From: Candidatus Fokinia solitaria
GTDB lineage: Bacteria; Pseudomonadota; Alphaproteobacteria; Rickettsiales; Midichloriaceae
Direction: 5' to 3'
DNA: 32,000 nucleotides
NCBI RefSeq assembly: GCF_003072485.1
Contig: NZ_CP025989.1
Coordinates: 690,001 to 722,000, forward strand
How positions within the stretch are numbered: the first letter of the stretch is position 1; every line of letters begins with the position of its first letter. Below, piece by piece: positions 8,854 to 16,441 of this stretch. A model generated the notes under the pieces. It saw nothing but the letters and a program-made list of their open reading frames with translations. It was not told the origin of the DNA and searched no databases. Both the position numbers and the translations under genes were made by a program.

Positions 8854-9390
8854 ATGAATACATCTTCTATGAACATACTTCATCCTAAGAATACTAATGG
8901 CACTCATAAAGCGTTCGAACTTTTGAGCGAATTTGACGTGGCAAAAGATGCGATTGATGATTATATTCCATCTCCAGATGAGGAATATATGTCGGAAAAG
9001 CATCTACAATTTTTTAAGAGTGCAATATCTAACTGGAGAGGAAGATTATTACGTGCACTGGAAAATGCTAAAGAATATTTAGCTAAGTGCGCAATCAGCA
9101 AAAGCGAAGAAATGGACGGTGCTGTCGAAGAAGCGAATATACATATAAAAGTGAGAGAAACAGAAAGATTACGGAAATTAATTGAACGCATAGACAGCAC
9201 ATTACGTTTAATAGAAGATAAAAAATATGGCTTTTGTGAAGAAACTGGCGAACCGATAGGAATTATGAGATTACTTGCTAGACCTACAGCACGTAAGTGC
9301 TTAATGGCGCAAGAAATACATGAAAATTTTGAAAAACGACATAACAAGCAGATCTTCCAAGAACATACATTTTTTGAACAGATAGACTGA
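8854..9390 (+). CDS. dksA: DksA/TraR-family RNA-polymerase-binding regulator (DksA-like, degenerate zinc finger)
   Basis: The C-terminal region YGFCEETGEPIGIMRLLARPTARKCLMAQE aligns with the E. coli DksA finger ([29 protein letters not shown]). A coiled-coil region and an acidic tip-like EEMDGA lie upstream. The start is placed at the ATG at 8854. The listed ORF start at 8632 adds an implausible AT-rich leader and overlaps the previous gene. Confidence 0.75.
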   Translation: MNTSSMNILHPKNTNGTHKAFELLSEFDVAKDAIDDYIPSPDEEYMSEKHLQFFKSAISNWRGRLLRALENAKEYLAKCAISKSEEMDGAVEEANIHIKVRETERLRKLIERIDSTLRLIEDKKYGFCEETGEPIGIMRLLARPTARKCLMAQEIHENFEKRHNKQIFQEHTFFEQID

Positions 9391-9409
9391 ATACAGATGA
9401 TAGATTCAT

Positions 9410-9480
9410 GTCACTTTCGACTCTCATAAGCTTTAGCGATACAATATCACTTTGAAAGCTTCAAAAAGTTCGAAAGTGAC
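9410..9480 (+). other. Composite 71-nt hairpin (inverted repeat) 20 nt downstream of the dksA stop
   Basis: The outer stem is an 11-bp perfect pairing of gtcactttcga (9410-9420) with tcgaaagtgac (9470-9480). The inner stem is a 7-bp pairing of aagcttt with aaagctt. The loop is about 20 nt. No U-tract follows. Confidence 0.6.
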
Positions 9481-9775
9481 TGAAATCTTCTCAACTTGAA
9501 GAATACTAATCAGTGCTATGAGAAATCTCGAATCTAGCGGCATCGAAAAAGTAGTGCACGTTTACTTGCTACAAGTTTTGTAGTTATGCTCTCGTTATAA
9601 AAATGCCTTACAACTCTGTAGTGTTTTCTTAAATCATGCTCATAGTAAAGAACAACTGCCACCATGACTGAATTCAAAAACATCCGCTTATTGACCTTGT
9701 AAAATATCTTAGATACCATTAAGTGATTTCGTGTAACTTCACACTGCATGTTTTATAAAAAATTAGAAGTAATCA

Positions 9776-10594
9776 ATGTTTAGGTGCGCGTCGTACTGTA
9801 TCGGCTCTGGATGCGATTTATTCGCATTCTCTGAAGTCTTCACCAGTATTGAAACGCCGGTGAGAGTTTGCAGTTCTGATGCAATTCATGTGACAAATTC
9901 GTCAAAAACTCAGAAGGAAATATTCGTTTTTTCCTACGGATGCGTGATATTCTGGAATTATTCCGAAGAAGAGGAGGCGCTTTTCTTGAAGAATCTGATC
10001 GAATACGTAGATGCGCCTCTTGAAAACTATCTCTCAGACTTATGCTACTACGTTGTACTAGAGGATGGTCCAACTAATATAGATATGGCAAGTGATGTAA
10101 TACAAATTTCTAAGAAGAATGACGACAATCCATATACTAAGTTGGCACTTTCTTATGGATTATCACAATCTGTTAAGCTGAGAGTATTCGAGATCTCAGT
10201 TTTCTCCTTGATAGAAGAGAACAAAAAAATCCCTCTTGAGTTGGTAAAAAGAGGATATATAAAGGTACCTAGAAGAGAACTTGCAAAAAAAATAGGAATG
10301 CTTTTTATGGAAAGAAGCGCAATAAATCTGAGTAATGATGTTTTAGATATTCCAGGATTTTTTTGGAAGAATCCGAAATATGAAAACGTCTATGATGCTT
10401 CTCGCAAATTCATGGATATTCAACAAAGGAGTGATAACTTAAACAGAAGACTCGCAATAATATATGAGTTATATGAGATATTGCGAGATGAGGTCAATCA
10501 CTCGCATTCTCTAAGATTAGAAATGATAATAATATTTCTGATATTTGTGGAAATGGTACTATCAATGGTCGAAATAATATCCAAATTCTTCTGA
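9776..10594 (+). CDS. RMD1/DUF155-family protein
   Basis: 272 aa. The core pattern (IFVFSYGCVIFWNYSEEEE...), the middle helical region and a single C-terminal TM helix (MIIIFLIFVEMVLSMVEII) match my recollection of the DUF155 (RMND1-like) family. No alignment was run. Confidence 0.5.
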   Translation: MFRCASYCIGSGCDLFAFSEVFTSIETPVRVCSSDAIHVTNSSKTQKEIFVFSYGCVIFWNYSEEEEALFLKNLIEYVDAPLENYLSDLCYYVVLEDGPTNIDMASDVIQISKKNDDNPYTKLALSYGLSQSVKLRVFEISVFSLIEENKKIPLELVKRGYIKVPRRELAKKIGMLFMERSAINLSNDVLDIPGFFWKNPKYENVYDASRKFMDIQQRSDNLNRRLAIIYELYEILRDEVNHSHSLRLEMIIIFLIFVEMVLSMVEIISKFF

Positions 10595-10751
10595 ATAATG
10601 AAGATCGTAGTAACGTATAATAATTAAGCAAAAAGAACATATATAGGGAAAAGTAGCAAATGAATAAAATGAAATTACATATTCATACTTTATTTTGGTA
10701 AATTTCTATGATACAAGAAGTTCGCATTTCTCAACTTTCTCAAACTTGGTA

Positions 10752-11492
10752 ATGAAGCGCTTTCGCCGCATAATAAGCGCTATCATCTGCTCATCCCTCG
10801 TATGTGGATGTGCATCTAATGTGAGGAATTACTCTAAAAAAGATCCTGCGCGACTTTACAGTACAGCAATGCAAAAAAAAGATAGTCACCCTAACACTGC
10901 ACTAGAGGATATAGCAGAGATAGAAACATACTATCCTACTTCTTCGGAAGCAGAAAAGGCATTGTTGCTGAAGATATATATCTTATATCAGGAAGGTCGT
11001 TTTGATGAATCTATAGAAGCAAAAGATGACTTTCAGATTCGCTATCCAACGAGTAAGTATATAGCTTACTCTTACTATATGAGTGGTATAAATTACTACA
11101 CTCAAATTGTAGATATAGGAAGAGAGCAGTACATTACATATAAAGCAAAAGAAGCACTAGAGTTCGTCGCGCAAAATTTTCCGGATACAGATTATGGACG
11201 TGATGCCGCAAGAAAAGCTCGTTATTGTGCACATATACTAGCAGCAAAGGAAATGGATATAGGACGCTTCTATGAGAAAAAGGGCGATTATCTTGCAGCT
11301 TCTAACAGATATAAAAAAATCTTGGAAGGGCAATACGATAGTGCATTAACACAAGAAGCAACATATAGAATGGCTGTATCGTGGTATGGCATGGGGATGA
11401 AGCATATTGCAAATCTTTATTATTTATCCGCTAAGAAAGATTACCCTGATTCAATATGGACGAAAAGGATACACCAAGTGCTATTCCGGTAA
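10752..11492 (+). CDS. bamD: Outer membrane protein assembly factor BamD (TPR lipoprotein)
   Basis: Signal peptide with a lipobox-like LVCGC. TPR-like repeats with the Y/A/L periodicity typical of YfiO/BamD (YYMSGINYY, RYCAHILAAKEMDIGRFYEKKGDYLAASNRY). The start is placed at MKRFRR (10752) rather than at the ORF start 10695. Confidence 0.7.
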   Translation: MKRFRRIISAIICSSLVCGCASNVRNYSKKDPARLYSTAMQKKDSHPNTALEDIAEIETYYPTSSEAEKALLLKIYILYQEGRFDESIEAKDDFQIRYPTSKYIAYSYYMSGINYYTQIVDIGREQYITYKAKEALEFVAQNFPDTDYGRDAARKARYCAHILAAKEMDIGRFYEKKGDYLAASNRYKKILEGQYDSALTQEATYRMAVSWYGMGMKHIANLYYLSAKKDYPDSIWTKRIHQVLFR

Positions 11493-11494
11493 CG

Positions 11495-12202
11495 TTATAT
11501 AGATAAGTATACGCGCATCACAATAGACGCTAGCATCATACTGTCAAATCTATCTAGCACACCACCATGCCCTGGTATTATACTGCCGCTATCTTTTACC
11601 ATGAAATGTCTTTTAAAAACTGATTCTAAGAGGTCTCCGCAATGAGACGTAACACTCAGAAGCAATATGAATACTACATGCTCTAAATGCGATACAGTAC
11701 AGCTATAAACACCATACCTTTGCATCATCTCAATAATCGGATACACAATTATGACTGTCATTATAATACTAAGAAACAGCCCTTCATAAGTTTTACTAGG
11801 GCTAATATAAGAAGGTAGACATCTCTTGCCAAATAACTTTCCGCTAATATAAGCACAGGTATCTGTACTCCATACAATCATAAATAGTAATGTTACAATC
11901 CATTTTCCATTTTCTACCTCTCTTATATACAGCATACTGTCAATAAAGCATAAAACACATGCAATGCTCAAAAGCATCCATTCTAGTATCTTCAATCTTC
12001 TATGCGCACCGCTTGATATTTTTCCGTAATAAGACACTATCATTTTTCGCAACTCCACTATCATCAGTAGTCCTATAGCTGCTAAATACAACAGAAATAA
12101 ATATCCTCCAAAAAAATTGAAACATAATGACGCAGCTACTATGAAGCAACCGGAAAAACAGCGTGCTATAAAATTATTTCTCAAAAACCCTATATGATTC
12201 AT
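11495..12202 (-). CDS. cdsA: Phosphatidate cytidylyltransferase (CDP-diglyceride synthase)
   Basis: Polytopic membrane protein carrying the CdsA signature SVFKRHFMVKDSGSIIPGHGGVLDRFDS. Its start overlaps the tadA stop by 4 nt (ATGA). Confidence 0.9.
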   Translation of the reverse strand: MNHIGFLRNNFIARCFSGCFIVAASLCFNFFGGYLFLLYLAAIGLLMIVELRKMIVSYYGKISSGAHRRLKILEWMLLSIACVLCFIDSMLYIREVENGKWIVTLLFMIVWSTDTCAYISGKLFGKRCLPSYISPSKTYEGLFLSIIMTVIIVYPIIEMMQRYGVYSCTVSHLEHVVFILLLSVTSHCGDLLESVFKRHFMVKDSGSIIPGHGGVLDRFDSMMLASIVMRVYLSI

Positions 12203-12672
12203 TTTTTTCTTAAAGTATTAAAAAAATTCTTCAGTAATATACTGCTTTCCTCAGCAAACAGCCCTGAATATATCAAAGGCTTATGATTTGTGCTGGCATC
12301 ATCAAAAATACGTACTCCATTTTTTATCGCTCCGCCTTTTGCATCATCAGCAGCATAGTAGATACTTCTTACTCTACTCAATGACAACGCCTTCGCACAC
12401 ATCGCGCATGGCTCTAATGTAACATAAATAGCGTGATGATCAAGAAAGCCCATATTAATAGAATCTGACGCTTTCGATATTGCAATCATCTCCGCATGTG
12501 CATTTCTATTACACTTTTGTATTGTGAGGTTATGAGTAGCCGCAACAATAGTATCGTTCTTTATATTAACAATTACCGCTCCTACAGGTACTTCTTTTAC
12601 ATCTGCGCCTTTTTGCGCTATATCCAATGCTATTTGCATATAAAAGCGATCTTTAGCGCTGTAATCACTCAT
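12199..12672 (-). CDS. tadA: tRNA adenosine(34) deaminase TadA
   Basis: CMP/dCMP deaminase zinc motifs HAEMIAI and PCAMCA. 157 aa. ATGA overlaps at both ends. Confidence 0.9.
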   Translation of the reverse strand: MSDYSAKDRFYMQIALDIAQKGADVKEVPVGAVIVNIKNDTIVAATHNLTIQKCNRNAHAEMIAISKASDSINMGFLDHHAIYVTLEPCAMCAKALSLSRVRSIYYAADDAKGGAIKNGVRIFDDASTNHKPLIYSGLFAEESSILLKNFFNTLRKK

Positions 12673-15272
12673 AAGAAATACAAATAATTCTTTGCTCTAG
12701 TGACAGCGACATATAAAAGCTTATCAAGGTCCATTTGCTCGCACTGATTCTGAGTAGTCACACTCTTATAAAAACTCTCTCTTAGAGTTGGCAATTTCAA
12801 CACAATCTCTTGGCTATCATTAATAACAATTCTCTTTCTATTTCTGCTGCGAAATGGATAGTCTGCTATTATGACGTGAGATGCTTCCATCCCTTTTGCA
12901 CTATGCACGGTACTAAATACAATACCAGTATCTTTTTCTAAACGATCGTTTTTCTTTAATTTTTTGAATAAAACTTCAGAAAATTCATTCCATCGTAGAC
13001 ATAATTCAGCTATCGAAGTACACATCACATCAGATTCGAGATTCTCAAGTAACTTTTCTACGACAAAAATAGTAGAATCATTCATTAGAGATAGAAAACG
13101 ACGTAATAGTATTAGAAGAAATCTAAACTCACTCCATTTACCTAGCTCACAACACTCTTGCAAAAAAATCACAAACTTTTCATTACCTCTTTTACTTTGC
13201 AATACCTCCCATAACGAAGAAGAATGTTCGCGCTCGCTATCTATATCGTTTTGAATATCTTGTATATCTGTCACGCATGATAAAGCGTAAAGGAGATTAC
13301 TGTTATCATATGGATTGTAAATAAATTCCAACAAATATCTTATCTGAGTTAAAACTTTTTCATATTCGCTACTCGCACTGTGATGCGCTGTAAATCCAGC
13401 ATCAATTGCTGCTCGTACCATTTTTTCATACCCTGTTTTTGCCGTACGAAATAATACCAACACATCAGATAGTTCAGAAATTTTCGCGTTAGATAACTCG
13501 GCAATTCGACATAACACTTCTATCAATCTTTCTTCGCTACACTCGCTACTGCTTTGTATTACCTCTATATCGCTTCCTTCATCAGCTGGAATATTCAAAT
13601 ATATTTCTTTATATGCTGTAGTATCTTGGAAAAAATACACTGCACCATCCGAATCGTAAGATGCAATCATTGCTGTATATTGAGGAAAGCGACTGAATAA
13701 GCAATTCGCAAAATTCACAATACTTTTATTTGATCTGCAGTTATCGGATAGTTTATTGCGAATAAAATCCTTTCCTTGAGAGCGAAAATGATTACGAAAT
13801 TTCTGAAACTCTGCATCAAAAGAAGGAATTTCTTCGTTATGAAAGTTAAATATCGCTTGATTTGGATCTCCAACAATAAAAATGCTTTTACCTGTATCAT
13901 CAAACGCAAACTCATCCATAATAGAATGCAAAGCCTGCCACTGCAATGAGTCTAAATCTTGCGCTTCATCGATAAGTATATGACTTATCTTTTGATATAA
14001 CTGATACTTATTCGCCTCTTCTTTCAACATGAAGCACGCAGATGTCATGATATCATTATAGCTACGTACACATTCTGTATCTTTGAAATTAGAATACCCT
14101 ATATGAGACACTACAGAAAAAAGCGCGATACCGTAAAATGTTCTGATATATCTCAGTTTATCTATAGCAATACTTAATTTTTCGATTTTTTCTCTTTCAT
14201 TCTTAAAAATTCGTGCTGATAACTCACATGAAGAAAATTTGCATTTTTTTCTCATCTCTTTCTTCTCAGTAAGAAAGCATTCTATGTAATCATTGAAACG
14301 TGTTTTCTTACTCTCCGCACTCAGTTGCGTCCATTCTATAAACTTTTTGTACTCTACATTTGATTTCAAAGAATCAACCATTACAAACGGTGTAGACAGA
14401 TATTCCTCTTCTTCAAATGAAGCGATATAAATCTTCAAATGTTCATCTATCAATTTCGTACAACTCTCTGCTAAGCAAAAATTGTCCACAAGAAGATTTA
14501 TAGGATTCTCTCTATTGTACTCTTCTATTAAGCGAGTAATGCAAGTTTTGTCATCATCAATAGTGACTTGTTTCACGACATCAAGCAACTCTTCATACTT
14601 AATATTTTGTAACATTGATTCTATATCGCTAAAAATCGTCAGTACTGCTATCCGCTCTTTCAGCAGCATGTAATTGCTGCGCTTCTTGCTAAACCACATT
14701 TTTGTGAATTCATACACGAAATCACCACAACTATCTAAAAGACTAAAATTTAATTCCAACGATAGTATTCGTAATGCATTACATAATGATTCGATTACGA
14801 TATTACCAGTATGAGTACGCAATAAATTTCTTACGATAGTAACAAAAACTTTTTGAAAAATTGCTTTATCATCTTCCTCGGAAATAATTTTAGCATGTAT
14901 ATGTGATATAGCACTGAAATAACCGTGAATAGTTTTGATCAGTACAATCTCATCCAACTTTGCATACAATTCGCTAAACATTTGGATATTCGTCTCAGAA
15001 AGCCATGCTTCTCCAATATAACTAACATACCTAGCGTCCAATTTTTTCCCTAAAGCCAAATCGTTTATCACTTTTGCTAATCTGTGAGATATCTCATCAA
15101 CTGCAGTATTTGTGTGAGTAATACACACGATTTTGCAATAATTATGAGAGGAAAGAACTTTTGACACTGAAACACGCGACAGAAGTTGCAAAATATATCC
15201 TATTAATCTAGTTGTCTTGCCGCTGCCTGCAGATGCAGAGATAAAGCGAAAAGATGAAATATTCTGATCCAT
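12669..15272 (-). CDS. UvrD/AddA-family superfamily-1 DNA helicase (no C-terminal nuclease domain)
   Basis: Motif I SAGSGKTT, Ia THTNTAVDEI, II ILIDEAQDLD, III FIVGDPNQAIFNF, V TVHSAKGMEA and VI LLYVAVTRAK. The protein ends 6 aa after motif VI. Confidence 0.75.
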   Translation of the reverse strand: MDQNISSFRFISASAGSGKTTRLIGYILQLLSRVSVSKVLSSHNYCKIVCITHTNTAVDEISHRLAKVINDLALGKKLDARYVSYIGEAWLSETNIQMFSELYAKLDEIVLIKTIHGYFSAISHIHAKIISEEDDKAIFQKVFVTIVRNLLRTHTGNIVIESLCNALRILSLELNFSLLDSCGDFVYEFTKMWFSKKRSNYMLLKERIAVLTIFSDIESMLQNIKYEELLDVVKQVTIDDDKTCITRLIEEYNRENPINLLVDNFCLAESCTKLIDEHLKIYIASFEEEEYLSTPFVMVDSLKSNVEYKKFIEWTQLSAESKKTRFNDYIECFLTEKKEMRKKCKFSSCELSARIFKNEREKIEKLSIAIDKLRYIRTFYGIALFSVVSHIGYSNFKDTECVRSYNDIMTSACFMLKEEANKYQLYQKISHILIDEAQDLDSLQWQALHSIMDEFAFDDTGKSIFIVGDPNQAIFNFHNEEIPSFDAEFQKFRNHFRSQGKDFIRNKLSDNCRSNKSIVNFANCLFSRFPQYTAMIASYDSDGAVYFFQDTTAYKEIYLNIPADEGSDIEVIQSSSECSEERLIEVLCRIAELSNAKISELSDVLVLFRTAKTGYEKMVRAAIDAGFTAHHSASSEYEKVLTQIRYLLEFIYNPYDNSNLLYALSCVTDIQDIQNDIDSEREHSSSLWEVLQSKRGNEKFVIFLQECCELGKWSEFRFLLILLRRFLSLMNDSTIFVVEKLLENLESDVMCTSIAELCLRWNEFSEVLFKKLKKNDRLEKDTGIVFSTVHSAKGMEASHVIIADYPFRSRNRKRIVINDSQEIVLKLPTLRESFYKSVTTQNQCEQMDLDKLLYVAVTRAKNYLYFL

Positions 15273-15292
15273 AAAAAAGCGTTGTAATTACT

Positions 15293-15931
15293 TTAAAATA
15301 ATTTTCCTTCAATTTTCTTACAAAGCAGTTCTATAAGTAGTACTAAAGCGTAGTAATATAAACCTGCAGTTATTAGAGGCCAGAAGTATGAAAATTCCTC
15401 TGCTCCTACAATTTGCGCTCTTCTCATTATCTCCATTCCTCCAAGAGTAGCTACTAATGCTGTTTCTTTAAGTAAAGTGATAATCTCATTCGTAAATGCA
15501 GGAAATGTATTTCTGAAAACTTGCGGTAATATTATATCTTTCCACATTGGCAACACTGGAATTTGTAAAGCAATTGACGCTTCAAATTGCCCACTTGGAA
15601 TACTTTTGATACCAGCTCTCACTATTTCCGCTATATATGCTGCGCTATTAATACCAAGAGTGATAAAGCCTGCACTCTCTGCTTCCATGGAAAGACCGGT
15701 AACTTGCGGCACAACAAAATACATAAAACTTAACTGCAATATCATCGGCGATCCACGTACAAACGATACAAAAGCACCTATACTACGAGAAAGAATCCCG
15801 TTAAATCTGAGAATTGCAAGTAATGTGCCTAAAAATAAGCCTATTGTAAAGCTCACAAACAATAGCTTTAAAGTTAATAAAGCGCCTGTTCCTATAAATA
15901 ATATTTTAGGCAAAAATTCATCACTCATCAC
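15293..15931 (-). CDS. Polar amino-acid ABC transporter permease (HisM/GlnP family)
   Basis: 212 aa with 5 TM segments. EAA-type loop (AEIVRAGIKSIPSGQFEASIALQIP) and a conserved N-terminal GTGALLTLKL segment. No ATPase or binding-protein gene is adjacent. Confidence 0.85.
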   Translation of the reverse strand: MMSDEFLPKILFIGTGALLTLKLLFVSFTIGLFLGTLLAILRFNGILSRSIGAFVSFVRGSPMILQLSFMYFVVPQVTGLSMEAESAGFITLGINSAAYIAEIVRAGIKSIPSGQFEASIALQIPVLPMWKDIILPQVFRNTFPAFTNEIITLLKETALVATLGGMEIMRRAQIVGAEEFSYFWPLITAGLYYYALVLLIELLCKKIEGKLF

Positions 15932-16007
15932 ACTGATATAATAAGAGAACTAATATCGTAAAGTAGCATAAAAAACTAAAATGAACTGGTATTTTCCTTG
16001 TATTTAT

Positions 16008-16036
16008 TTGATTTTCGTATGGAAATTAAATAAAAT
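16008..16036 (+). promoter_or_regulatory. Candidate sigma70-type promoter for rpsU/tRNA-Cys
   Basis: TTGATT (16008-16013), a 17-nt spacer, then TAAAAT (16031-16036), about 55 nt upstream of the proposed GTG start of rpsU. Confidence 0.3.
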
Positions 16037-16091
16037 CCCGTGTAGCAGGACGATTACGTTCGCTATTGTATATAACTCTTTACGTATTATT

Positions 16092-16313
16092 GTGGCAATA
16101 AAAATCTTAGTTAGAAGAACGGATGATAAAACTTGCGATGTGAGTAGCGCACTTGCTGAGTTGTCACGCCGTATGTATAAGGAAAGGATATTAGAAACAG
16201 TGAAGATGAAGAGATTCAGAGAAAAGCCGTCTCAAGCAAAGAGAAGAGCAATGTTAGATGCTGCAAGAATGGTAAAAAGAGTAGCAAGGTTAAGAATGGC
16301 ACAGAAGAAATAA
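16092..16313 (+). CDS. rpsU: 30S ribosomal protein S21
   Basis: (V)AIKILVRRTDDKTCDVSSALAELSRRMYKERILETVKMKRFREKPSQAKRRAMLDAARMVKRVARLRMAQKK aligns along its length with bacterial S21 (..V.V......ALRRFKR...K.G.L.E.R.R..YEKP...RKR...A..KR..). A GTG start at 16092 gives 73 aa. The 110-aa listed ORF starting at 15981 adds a non-homologous leader. Confidence 0.8.
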   Translation: MAIKILVRRTDDKTCDVSSALAELSRRMYKERILETVKMKRFREKPSQAKRRAMLDAARMVKRVARLRMAQKK

Positions 16314-16354
16314 GATTCATACGGATTTTATATTTTCCGATATTTGTCGGCAAT

Positions 16355-16426
16355 GGCTGGATAGCAAAGTGGTAATGCAGCGGATTGCAAATCCGCTATA
16401 CGTCAGTTCGATTCTGACTCCGGCCT
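16355..16426 (+). tRNA. tRNA-Cys (anticodon GCA)
   Basis: Cloverleaf. The acceptor stem GGCTGGA pairs with TCCGGCC (one G-U pair). The anticodon stem GCGGA pairs with TCCGC around the loop TTGCAAA, with GCA at 16387-16389. The T arm is GTCAG-TTCGATT-CTGAC. Discriminator T; CCA is not encoded. Confidence 0.9.
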
Positions 16427-16441
16427 CTTTTAGAAAGTTTA

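Noticed and set aside
9534-9749. 71-aa minus-strand ORF in the dksA-RMD1 gap
   Set aside because: It has no recognisable motif, no RBS or promoter context, and a composition typical of random AT-rich ORFs. It might be a gene fragment, but I cannot support a call.
10695-10751. Upstream TTG-initiated extension of bamD
   Set aside because: The ATG at 10752 gives a canonical basic N-terminus, hydrophobic core and lipobox-like signal peptide. The extension would bury that signal.
15477-15941. 154-aa plus-strand ORF antisense to the ABC permease. Similar antisense ORFs occur at 2788-3132, 3966-4274, 7888-8286, 8961-9347, 16576-16917, 19977-20369 and 31369-31803
   Set aside because: Each lies fully inside a confidently identified gene on the other strand and has low-complexity or hydrophobic composition with no motifs. 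These are typical shadow ORFs.
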